Origin: an uncultured Chitinophagales bacterium
GTDB taxonomy: Bacteria > Bacteroidota > Rhodothermia > Balneolales > CAYWCV01
Direction: 5' to 3'
Length of the DNA: 64,000 nucleotides
Assembly (NCBI GenBank): GCA_964629885.1
Contig: CAZVRJ010000001.1
Location: forward strand, 19,638 to 83,637
Below, piece after piece: positions 36,012 to 44,636 of the stretch. The notes below the pieces were generated by a model, which was not told the origin of the DNA, made no database searches, and saw only the letters and a program-made list of their open reading frames with translations. Position 1 is the first letter of the stretch; each line of letters starts with the position of its first letter. The translations under genes were made by a program, and so were the position numbers.

Positions 36012-39000
36012 TTACTTCACCAATGCAACTTTTCCGGTTGAGCGAAATGACCCTGCGCGCATTTCAATAATGTAAACACCACTTGCCAATCGGGAAGCAT
36101 CCCATGTAATTTGGTGATAACCCGCCGTGAAATTTCGATCCAACACTACAGCGACTAGGCGTCCGGTAATATCAAAGATTTGGATGCGAACGGGTGAGTC
36201 TGTGGGCAGTGCGAAACTTAGGTTCGTTGTTGGATTGAATGGATTCGGATACGCATCGTACAATCGAAACTCCTGAGGAAGCTGCGATGATGCGTGTTGA
36301 TCTATGGAGCCATTAACCCCAACTACCCAATCGAAGGTGTGCGATCCCTTCTGTAGGTACATCTCTAAGCTTCCATCACTGCCAAAACGAAGCGTCCTGC
36401 CAGATTTTGCATCAAATAAGTACGTGTCCATCGCATTGGGTAAGTCGCCAATACGAAGCTCATACTCACCTGATTCTGAAATATCCACAACTAGTTTTTC
36501 AGAAATAAGGGTGGTGCTAGATGGAAATGAGAGGCTTGACCAGTTTTTGATATGGCTGTGTATATCATCCTTATATAGTGCTATGTTGGCACTACTGAAC
36601 CTACCTGGAGGCGCCACATGATCGTGATCGTCGAACCCTATGGTTGCATCATCAGCTAGACGAATCGAAATGGATCCAAGAGGTGATTGATTCCGATGCA
36701 ATCCTAATGAAATAACTTGATCTCTAACATCACCACGACTACCCAACTCAATACTTGCGACTGCAGCCACCTGCGATTGTGGTTGATAGGGGATTTCTAA
36801 TTCAGCTAGATTCGCCCTATTGAAGAAGTAATATCCCGTGTTCGCCTGCAGCGTGCCCGATTGTACCCATAGACCCTCAAAGGCAAATATGGGGTCGGTA
36901 ATGCTGTTTAGCTGCTGAACGGCAGACCATGTTACCGGGAGTCCGAATGGGTTGCCAATAATGTTCCAACCTGAATTTAGCGGAATGCGATAGGTATCCT
37001 GATTTGTAAGGGTTACCGAGGGAAGCGTTTGGTTAATAATCCAATCTCGCTTAGCCAGTATCCAGAATCCTCTTCCGGGTCGCAAATTGAATCCAGAGCT
37101 GTTGCGTGTTACTTCGATGGTATTGCTCAAACCATCCGAATTGCTACCAATTTCGGCATAGGCATTCCAGTCGGAGCCCTGTTTTCCGTAGTCTTCGAAA
37201 GTGAACACAATAGGCAAATTTGCATCGCCACCAATCGCAACCAATCGGTATGATGACTGTCTAGTATTTGCAAAAGGAATTGATTTCTGTATCGTTACCT
37301 GGTTGGGGTACAAAAACGTACGCAGCTGGTTTACGCCAGACCACAATCCTGGACCACTTACATTCAGTGCGCGCACTCTCCAGAAATATTCTTGATTGAA
37401 GCTACTCAAGAACATCGTATAGGTGGTGTCGGTTCGCTCTTCTGATGTTAGTAGTACGGTGCTAAAATCTGACAGAGTAGATATCTGAAATTGATATCTA
37501 TCTGCATCTGTTTGGCTTCTCCATACAAATGTCTGCGTTCGATTTGCGTTCGTTATATTGGCAATCGGCGATACCAATTTAGGTGGTTCGGGAACCTTGG
37601 GTGCCGTTCTGAACTGGGTCGTATCAGACCATGCACTCAATCCGCTCACATTTCGGGATGCTACCCGTGCCCAGTAGGATTGTTCAGGCTTCAGATTGCT
37701 GAGGATGAGTGTAACGTCATTGTAATTCTGCGCATCTACAACTAATTCGCCGTCGAATCTGCTGGTCTCAGATATCTGAATATCATATCCCTGTGCCCTA
37801 GCAGCCGGCATCCATTGCAGAGCAAGCGGCATGAAAACCATCTGGGCACCATCAAGCGGGTTTAGAATACGGGTGGGTGCGGGTAGTTCGGGCAACGTGC
37901 GAAACGTCCATACTTCAGACCAAGCACTTTCGCCTGAGCTGTTGAAAGCCTTTACTCGCCAGTAGTGGATGGTGTTAAATGGTAGAGGCGCGGTTCCGGT
38001 AAGGTCGAGTTTTGTATCAGTAATATTCGGGTCATCGATTACAAGTTGCGACTCAAAATCGATACTCAAAGACAACTGCAACTGATATCGCTCCACAAAC
38101 GAACTGGTCTGCCACTTCATCAAAATAGGCTGCTGGATGTAGTCCAAACTATTTAGCGGCTGCAGCAGCTCGGGTGCTAACGGCGGTTCTGGAACCGTCG
38201 TGAACGATCGAACCTGCGACCATGCACCTTGTCCACCCGAGTTGAATGCAGCGACTCGCCAGTAGTAGGTCTGGCCTTTGTTCAAGTTCAGGACACTGTA
38301 AAATGTGTTTGTCACGTTTATGTCGGCCAATACGGCTGAGTTCAAGTCGGGAATATTGGAAAATTGGATGCGATATCCCTCACTGCGTGGTGACGGATTC
38401 CACCGCAGAAGCACCGGTATCGGCGCGTTAATCAACTGATTTGCCGGAGAAACAAGCGTTACCTGATCCGGAACTTGAACTACGGTGGTAAACGACCAAA
38501 CCTCAGACCAGTCGCCAAGACCAGCAAGATTTCTTGCTCTCACCCTCCAGTAGTAAGTAGTCTGTGGCAGAAGTGCTGTAAGCAGATACGCCGAAGCTGC
38601 TTGGCCGTTCGATGAGAATACGATCGTTTCAAACGAGGAATCTGTCGAAACCTCTACGGAGTACGACGTCGCTCCCTGCACGTTTGACCAATCTAATAAG
38701 AGGGGTGTTTTTGCATTTTCCAAATTGTTAATAGGGGTCAACAAAACTGGAACGGCAGGAGTCACAACTACAGTCCTGAATGTTCTAGTCTCTGACCATG
38801 CGCTTTCGCCGGCAAGGTTCAGGGCCGAAACTCGCCAGTAATACCTCTCAGATGTGAGAAGCTGTGGTAAAATGTAGAACGTGGATTGAACACCGATAGA
38901 GTCAACTAATTTATTGGTGAAATCAGCAGAAAGCGAGAGCTGCACCCTATAAGCTGATGCGCCCGAAGTAGGCTGCCAAACGAGCTGGATGGGTGATTCC

Positions 39001-41282
39001 AAATCAATCGCATCATTCCCCGGAAGACTCAGTATTGGAGCTGTTGTTGCGCTCGCGTTAATTGTCACAAATAAGAACGTTGTGGACCAATTGCCATCGC
39101 CGCCAGAATTCGACGATCTCACACGCCAGTAATAGGTGCGATTCGGGATTAGATCTCTCGCTTGAAAGGTTGTGTCGGTCGTTTCGGTGTTAACCACAAA
39201 GGACGCAAATGACTGTGTGGTCGAAATCTGAATTCTGTACTTATCGGCTCGTAGTGATTTTTGCCATTTCATATATGGTGATAGAGACACACCATTTTGA
39301 TTATTGCTTGGCGATGCTAACAGCACTTGTGAGGGTGGCGATATGATTGTAGTCAGGCTGCGGGTGTTCGACCAAGCCGACTCCCCACCAATATTTCTTG
39401 CTCTCACACGCCAATAATAGGTAGTATGCGATTGTAGGCGTGGTATCGTTAAATCGGTTGCTGTTGTAATCTGGTCAAATTCAAGATCTTGGAATAGTTC
39501 TGATTTCGATATCTGAATCTGAAAGTCATTGGCATTCAGTACGGGACCCCACTGAAATTTCACCATCAACGTATCACTGTTCACTAGACCATTTTCAGGT
39601 GAAATCGGCAGAGGTGCCGCAGGTGGCAGATTTACAGTAAACTGGGATATTGGCGACCAATCGCTTTCTGACCCAACTCGTTCGGCCTTTAGCCGCCAAT
39701 AGTATGTGTTGTTATCCGACAATCCTGACACGGTGAATGTGGTCTGGCTTAACCCGCTTTCATCTGCTATGAGTGTATTTTCAAAATTTTGGGAATTCGA
39801 TAGTTGAAACCAATATGACTGTGCCTGAGGAACTGAACTCCAATTGAACACCACATTAGAACCTAAACCATTTTCAAGTTGAGTTGGGCTCACCGTTTTT
39901 GGGAAAGCCAAACGTGTACGAAATGAAACAACACTCGACCAACTGCTCTCGCCTAAGTTGTTGATTGCCCGTACGCGGTAGTAATAGTTGGTAAGCCCAT
40001 TCTCGAGAATTAGCTGCAGCTTATTTAGATCTGGTACCAAAACGTCATACTCTGGCGACTCAAAGCCCGAACTAGTGGAGACTTGAATTTGAAATGAGAA
40101 GGCATTCGGAACAAGTGACCATTGAAATGTCGGACTTGTTGTTACTTCGATTGAATTATTAGCTGGGAACTGTAGGTTGGGCATGTCGGGCAAGTCTAAA
40201 GCCAATCTTCCCATATAGTCATAATTACGGCCTGCTAGGCTAGTAAACAATCCACCCATGTGGATTACCTCGTTCCGAATCACTACGGTATTCACCTTGT
40301 TGTTGGCGCTCCCAGGATTGCTCCATACTCCATTTTCAAGGTTAGCAACATTCAGAATCCCGGGCGCAGAGCTCGATGTGAACGCGCCTCCGATAACAAG
40401 GTCATCACCATCGCTGGAAATGGTGTAAACAGTGCCGTTTATTCCGACACCTACATTTGACCAAACTGTGCCATTCCAAGAGGATACAGCTCCGCTAAAA
40501 GCCCCGCCTACAACAAGTTCGCCTGCATGTTGAGTAATGGCGTGTACAGATCCACCTAAACCTTCACCAATTGCACTCCAATTGGTACCATTCCAGCGTG
40601 CAATCCTGTTCACAGCTGCCCCTCCAGCCGTAGTGAATACACCGCCTACAATTAAATCATTACCCACCGAATAAAGGGCATGTACTGGGGCATTCAAGCC
40701 ACTTCCGAGCGACTCCCATTGAGTGCCCGTCCAACGCGCAATATTATTCAAACCCGTTCCACCCGACGATGTGAAATCTCCGCCTATGTAAACGCTGCCA
40801 TTGTGAACTTGTATCGCCCTCACAATTCCGTTTACCCCAGCTCCGAGTGCCTGCCAAGAAACGCCATCCCACCGAACAACGTGGTTCACAGTCTGGCTGC
40901 CAACCTCCGTAAAATCACCGCCGACGTATACGAAGTTGTTCTGAACTCCTAGCGCAAAAACCGGCCCGTTTAACCCAGATTGCAAGGATCTCCATTCGTT
41001 ATTGGTCCACCTTGCAATGTTGTTTACAAGAATACCATCGGCAGAAGTAAATTCTCCACCAGCAAACCATGTATCATTGTTATATATGAGTGCATTCACA
41101 GGTCCGTTGAGTCCAGATCCGAACTCTAATAAAGACTGGGGTTGTGCAGTAACTGGCGACTGTTGCGCATACGTTGCACCTCCCCTACCTAGCACCATGA
41201 GCATCATCAATAAGCACGGAAACCATGCTACCATTACCGTTCTGATCACCGCAGGAATGCTATGTTTGCGAGTCGAATGCAA
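36012..41282 (-). CDS. Giant T9SS-secreted surface protein: 7-blade beta-propeller, 10 FN3-like modules, unknown ~350-aa region, and a C-terminal sorting domain
   Basis: 1,756 aa with an N-terminal signal/anchor. The repeats and the C-terminal domain are detailed in the next three entries. Confidence 0.85.
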   Translation of the reverse strand: MHSTRKHSIPAVIRTVMVAWFPCLLMMLMVLGRGGATYAQQSPVTAQPQSLLEFGSGLNGPVNALIYNNDTWFAGGEFTSADGILVNNIARWTNNEWRSLQSGLNGPVFALGVQNNFVYVGGDFTEVGSQTVNHVVRWDGVSWQALGAGVNGIVRAIQVHNGSVYIGGDFTSSGGTGLNNIARWTGTQWESLGSGLNAPVHALYSVGNDLIVGGVFTTAGGAAVNRIARWNGTNWSAIGEGLGGSVHAITQHAGELVVGGAFSGAVSSWNGTVWSNVGVGINGTVYTISSDGDDLVIGGAFTSSSAPGILNVANLENGVWSNPGSANNKVNTVVIRNEVIHMGGLFTSLAGRNYDYMGRLALDLPDMPNLQFPANNSIEVTTSPTFQWSLVPNAFSFQIQVSTSSGFESPEYDVLVPDLNKLQLILENGLTNYYYRVRAINNLGESSWSSVVSFRTRLAFPKTVSPTQLENGLGSNVVFNWSSVPQAQSYWFQLSNSQNFENTLIADESGLSQTTFTVSGLSDNNTYYWRLKAERVGSESDWSPISQFTVNLPPAAPLPISPENGLVNSDTLMVKFQWGPVLNANDFQIQISKSELFQDLEFDQITTATDLTIPRLQSHTTYYWRVRARNIGGESAWSNTRSLTTIISPPSQVLLASPSNNQNGVSLSPYMKWQKSLRADKYRIQISTTQSFASFVVNTETTDTTFQARDLIPNRTYYWRVRSSNSGGDGNWSTTFLFVTINASATTAPILSLPGNDAIDLESPIQLVWQPTSGASAYRVQLSLSADFTNKLVDSIGVQSTFYILPQLLTSERYYWRVSALNLAGESAWSETRTFRTVVVTPAVPVLLTPINNLENAKTPLLLDWSNVQGATSYSVEVSTDSSFETIVFSSNGQAASAYLLTALLPQTTYYWRVRARNLAGLGDWSEVWSFTTVVQVPDQVTLVSPANQLINAPIPVLLRWNPSPRSEGYRIQFSNIPDLNSAVLADINVTNTFYSVLNLNKGQTYYWRVAAFNSGGQGAWSQVRSFTTVPEPPLAPELLQPLNSLDYIQQPILMKWQTSSFVERYQLQLSLSIDFESQLVIDDPNITDTKLDLTGTAPLPFNTIHYWRVKAFNSSGESAWSEVWTFRTLPELPAPTRILNPLDGAQMVFMPLALQWMPAARAQGYDIQISETSRFDGELVVDAQNYNDVTLILSNLKPEQSYWARVASRNVSGLSAWSDTTQFRTAPKVPEPPKLVSPIANITNANRTQTFVWRSQTDADRYQFQISTLSDFSTVLLTSEERTDTTYTMFLSSFNQEYFWRVRALNVSGPGLWSGVNQLRTFLYPNQVTIQKSIPFANTRQSSYRLVAIGGDANLPIVFTFEDYGKQGSDWNAYAEIGSNSDGLSNTIEVTRNSSGFNLRPGRGFWILAKRDWIINQTLPSVTLTNQDTYRIPLNSGWNIIGNPFGLPVTWSAVQQLNSITDPIFAFEGLWVQSGTLQANTGYYFFNRANLAELEIPYQPQSQVAAVASIELGSRGDVRDQVISLGLHRNQSPLGSISIRLADDATIGFDDHDHVAPPGRFSSANIALYKDDIHSHIKNWSSLSFPSSTTLISEKLVVDISESGEYELRIGDLPNAMDTYLFDAKSGRTLRFGSDGSLEMYLQKGSHTFDWVVGVNGSIDQHASSQLPQEFRLYDAYPNPFNPTTNLSFALPTDSPVRIQIFDITGRLVAVVLDRNFTAGYHQITWDASRLASGVYIIEMRAGSFRSTGKVALVK
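36015..36260 (-). other. T9SS type-A C-terminal sorting domain (CTD) of the giant protein
   Basis: …LYDAYPNPFNPTTNLSFALPTDSPVRIQIFDITGRLVAVVLD…GYHQITWDASRLASGVYIIEMRAGSFRSTGKVALVK matches the Por-secretion CTD pattern (NPF….I.+.D..GR.V…G…..WD…..+GVY). Confidence 0.75.
37314..40187 (-). repeat. Ten tandem ~96-aa (~288-bp) FN3-like modules at protein level
   Basis: The recurring pattern is P..L.SP.N………L.W…..A..Y..Q.S….F………T…….L…..YYWRVRA.N..G.S.WS….F.T. Module ends fall at residues 456, 549, 645, 740, 837, 933, 1029, 1129, 1226 and 1323. The DNA copies are diverged, and I saw no long identical stretches. Confidence 0.8.
40197..41114 (-). repeat. Seven tandem ~46-aa propeller-blade-like repeats at protein level
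   Basis: The repeats are LNGPV.AL….N.+YVGG.FT..GG….NIARW.G..W..LG.G x7, covering residues ~57-362. Confidence 0.7.
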
Positions 41283-41290
41283 ATTTTGAA

Positions 41291-42193
41291 TCAGTTTGAT
41301 GGCGGTGTTGGAGGTCCAGGTAATTGGGCGTCAGGCCGCAGCATAAACCAAGCTGTAGTAGATGTGCTAGCGATCCCAACTAGTGTCCACAACCACCATC
41401 TCGACCGTCTTGCGGGAACCACCTGTGGGATGGCTGCTACCTCGATTGGTCTAAATTGGATTGGGAATGTATATAGGGAGTCAGCTTTAACCTCCTGATT
41501 CAGGATGACTTCTCTATAGCCTTCTTTAGATACGGAGATGATGTACACACCTGGTGCAAAACTGATCGTATCTCGGTTGCCTATAACCGGGTGACGACGC
41601 ACTAAGTTATTCATGTCGAGGAACTCGACCGTGAAACCTGGGTGATTTGCTTCGAACGAAAGCCTGCCCGTTCTTGGAGTATCGTATACCGGCTCTTCAA
41701 CAACTTTTAACCTGTAGGTGACCATCTTCTTCTGATGCAGCTCGTGAACCTTATAGTAGATATCGAAATCTTTGACGTTCCGAATCTGAATGTGGCGGTC
41801 TATTCTAGTGATGTTCGGAATGAACAAAAACACAAACCGAAAACTTATACTGCCATCGGGACGAATATTCACATTTCGTGATTCAAACCTAATGTTCTGA
41901 ATGCGCAACTGCTCGTTACGGAACCAATTCAGGACCTCTTCGGCAGAGAAATAACGTTGAACAGTAGGGTCGAGCACGAGTCTTACGATACCTTCGTCGT
42001 CGGTAACGGGTGGAATGATATTATCTACATTCTGAATGTCGACGAGCTCAAGCACAAACTTGCCTGGTTTTAGCAACCTTTGCCCACCATTGACCTGTGC
42101 AAAGGCACTTTGCGTTAGCCCAGCAAAGCACAACAATACCAACCATAACAAAATGGCGCTCTTGGTACAGCCTTGAGCTACTGTGCGGTTCAC
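41291..42193 (-). CDS. Exported protein with a PEGA-like segment and a C-terminal membrane anchor
   Basis: 300 aa with a GTG start. Signal peptide …LLCFAGLTQSAFAQ. …ISFAPGVYIISVSKEGYREVILNQEVKADSLYTFPIQF resembles a PEGA domain. C-terminal TM RWWLWTLVGIASTSTTAWFML plus a Pro-rich tail. It lies 8 nt upstream of the giant gene. Confidence 0.45.
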   Translation of the reverse strand: MNRTVAQGCTKSAILLWLVLLCFAGLTQSAFAQVNGGQRLLKPGKFVLELVDIQNVDNIIPPVTDDEGIVRLVLDPTVQRYFSAEEVLNWFRNEQLRIQNIRFESRNVNIRPDGSISFRFVFLFIPNITRIDRHIQIRNVKDFDIYYKVHELHQKKMVTYRLKVVEEPVYDTPRTGRLSFEANHPGFTVEFLDMNNLVRRHPVIGNRDTISFAPGVYIISVSKEGYREVILNQEVKADSLYTFPIQFRPIEVAAIPQVVPARRSRWWLWTLVGIASTSTTAWFMLRPDAQLPGPPTPPSN

Positions 42194-42195
42194 TT

Positions 42196-42220
42196 AAAGT
42201 TGACCCCCCTGAAAGTTGAC
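42196..42220 (-). promoter_or_regulatory. Direct repeat of a 9-mer (AAAGTTGAC on the + strand, GTCAACTTT on the gene strand), each copy with a C-run beside it
   Basis: The two copies are at 42196-42204 and 42212-42220, 16 bp centre to centre. The first lies 2 nt upstream of the GTG at 42193. They sit in the only sizeable gap (116 nt) of the cluster. Confidence 0.3.
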
Positions 42221-42309
42221 AATCCCCTCAGTTCCTTGCATTGGAATGCTGCAGATAGAAAAAGATACCAATAATTGATCCCGAGCATGTAATTTATTAA
42301 TGTTGAAGG

Positions 42310-43599
42310 TCAGCGATTGATTTGCACACGAAAAATTGGCGGCTGTCCCGAGCTTGGCGGTGCAGGAGCCTTCAGTTGTAGGATATGATCCATTCTAACG
42401 GCTAGTACTGCTCGAATATCTGACTTTTTCCAGGCATACCGTCCTTGAGGTGTGATAACAAAGGTATCTGTAATTCTGAATATATGCTCAAAAGCCAGTT
42501 CAGGGTGTCGCACCATCCATATACCCCTAACCACTACTTCGTCGTCTTCACCTTTTCTGGCACTGATCGTGTTATAATATGCAGGCAACCCATGACCCAC
42601 TACTGTCCCCAACAAGTCGATGACATTCTCGCCACCTATGGTGTACTTTTCGACTTCTTTGCCCTCGATGGCAAGCTCGATGACAAACGATGGGTCGGTA
42701 AGCAGATCTCGGTATCTCAATTCGGATGGAAGTGATAGCGTAGCCCAGCGATGTGCAACTAGTGAGGCAATTCGTCCTTCGGGAACAGCAAGTTGTTCGC
42801 GGCTGGCAGGTACCCAATGCCCGGTATTGGACCTTCGGGTGAATGAACGTTCGTTTGTGTAGTAATCGATTTCAGGAAGCCTGTATGAGTAGGAGTTCGC
42901 CTTTTGCGATAGCCCGTAAAACACACTTGGCTCGTATTCTATCGGTAAAGAGTTTCCCTCTGATGTTGTGAGCATGCTAACCAAGTAATCACGATAGAGC
43001 ACGCTTTGCCCCTGAAGCAAAAGATCCAATGTGGGTGTAATCCTTACACGAAGTCTCGAATTTCCGGCATCTGACGCCAACAGTGGGCCATCTTCGTCGA
43101 TCGTCAAATAGAAACTGCTTGGGTTGAGTCCAGGGTTGGCTCTCACATATTGCAGCAGTTGCGATTCTTTGCTGCCTAGAAACGATGTTTCGACTCGAAT
43201 ATAGTTCGAGGCAACTACACCCCTGAGGTATGCTTCGTCCTTTACCAATGCAGACCATATAATTCGTGCGGCAATGATTTGAGCAGGTTTAGATATGTAT
43301 GCATCGGCAACCGAACCCAAATCCAAAAATTCCCCAACGTCATAAATTTGGCCATCGTGTGTGAGATGCAGCTCCAACTTGCGCTCGCCCTCCGACGTGT
43401 TGTACGTTCTGATGATGCTCTTGCCCAAAAGGGTGCTTCCTCGTACTTCGTCGTCAGCCATAAGTTGCGCATTCACCCTATCAACCCACGATTCATACAC
43501 AACTTTGGGAAAAGATGGTGCAAATCGATCGCTGGCAAACATTGCGTTCGGCATGCACAAAAGCACTATCGATAAGAGAATGATTGAGTGACGGGTCAT
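42310..43599 (-). CDS. Exported hypothetical protein
   Basis: 429 aa. Signal peptide MTRHSIILLSIVLLCMPNAMFA. I recognise no motif. It is called as coding because of its length, the clean signal peptide and tight spacing with its neighbours. Confidence 0.45.
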   Translation of the reverse strand: MTRHSIILLSIVLLCMPNAMFASDRFAPSFPKVVYESWVDRVNAQLMADDEVRGSTLLGKSIIRTYNTSEGERKLELHLTHDGQIYDVGEFLDLGSVADAYISKPAQIIAARIIWSALVKDEAYLRGVVASNYIRVETSFLGSKESQLLQYVRANPGLNPSSFYLTIDEDGPLLASDAGNSRLRVRITPTLDLLLQGQSVLYRDYLVSMLTTSEGNSLPIEYEPSVFYGLSQKANSYSYRLPEIDYYTNERSFTRRSNTGHWVPASREQLAVPEGRIASLVAHRWATLSLPSELRYRDLLTDPSFVIELAIEGKEVEKYTIGGENVIDLLGTVVGHGLPAYYNTISARKGEDDEVVVRGIWMVRHPELAFEHIFRITDTFVITPQGRYAWKKSDIRAVLAVRMDHILQLKAPAPPSSGQPPIFRVQINR

Positions 43600-43610
43600 T
43601 ATCTCTAAGT

Positions 43611-44636
43611 CTATCTAATAATTTCGAACATATTGAGGTCGATGAGCGTGCCATCCTCAAATGGTTCGGATTGCCAAGCTCTTACATAAATGAGAGGCTG
43701 ATCTTCGTTGCTGAAGTCGATCATGAACGATAAGTAACCTTCGTCGGAATAGGTGGATGACGACCATTTTTGGAATACCTGCACCCAATAAATTTCTTCG
43801 TAATCGGGATGTTTGAGGATGTTAATACCGCTGAAGTCCACGTTCACAAAGGCATTGTTGCGAAATATCACACTACGTAGTCGGTCGATGTACTCGGTCT
43901 TGGTCTGACGATTCAATCGGAATCGCTCGCGTGTCACCTCGTTGTCACGAGTTCTAACCATACTTCCACTGTCGCCATACTCCGTAATCCTGGTTCCGGT
44001 TATGATCAGCGCCTTGTCACTGAACTGCAGCTCAATATAATCGGCATCTTTGCGGTTGTAGGCGGTTTTTATCTGCTCAAGGTATGTGATGATGGTACGC
44101 AAGCGATAATCGTCCTCAAGACTCTCGGCGTTTTGAATAATCATATTGAACTGATGCTCTTCAATGGCAAAACGGGCATCGGTCAGTTTGCCATCTGCAT
44201 CGAAATTGAGGATCAGCTCAAGCGACCTATTTCCGTCGCTGGGTCCGGACGTGACATACATCCTCCTGATTTCGTAGGTGTTCTGGTTCAGCATGATCAC
44301 CTGCGACCGAAGCTCCCCGGCATTGGCGCGGATCCCTGAAGTCTTGACAAGATCGGTGAGACGTTCAGCTCCGTACGCCCCTTCGCCCGTGCCGATGTTG
44401 GCGGGTAGTTCGACTCTGCCTTTGTTGGGATCATAACGGTTGATGGCCGTCATTACGGCCCCGGCATTGCGCTCCAACATGGAGACGACATCTCTGCCTG
44501 GCCCATCGGTGAGGATAACCCTAACCTCTTGGGTAGCTTGTGCAAAAGCTTGTACCTGTGCAAAAGTGATTGTTATTAGAGCAACGAATAAAAATCGAAT
44601 CATGAAGTGTGGCTGCAAAAATCGTGTGGACATCAT
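43611..44636 (-). CDS. Exported hypothetical protein (C-terminal half possibly NTF2/SnoaL-like)
   Basis: Signal peptide …FLFVALITITFAQVQAFAQ. The ATG at 44636 overlaps the cyclase TGA in an ATGA junction; the ORF track starts at 44654. …YLEQIKTAYNRKDADYIELQFS…YWVQVFQKW… is reminiscent of an NTF2-like fold, weakly. Confidence 0.45.
   Translation of the reverse strand: MMSTRFLQPHFMIRFLFVALITITFAQVQAFAQATQEVRVILTDGPGRDVVSMLERNAGAVMTAINRYDPNKGRVELPANIGTGEGAYGAERLTDLVKTSGIRANAGELRSQVIMLNQNTYEIRRMYVTSGPSDGNRSLELILNFDADGKLTDARFAIEEHQFNMIIQNAESLEDDYRLRTIITYLEQIKTAYNRKDADYIELQFSDKALIITGTRITEYGDSGSMVRTRDNEVTRERFRLNRQTKTEYIDRLRSVIFRNNAFVNVDFSGINILKHPDYEEIYWVQVFQKWSSSTYSDEGYLSFMIDFSNEDQPLIYVRAWQSEPFEDGTLIDLNMFEIIR

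Noticed and set aside
37314-40187. The regular ~288-bp periodicity could suggest a CRISPR-like or satellite DNA array.
   Set aside because: The periodicity is at protein-domain level inside one long ORF. The units are diverged in DNA, there is no short conserved repeat with unique spacers, and no cas genes are present.
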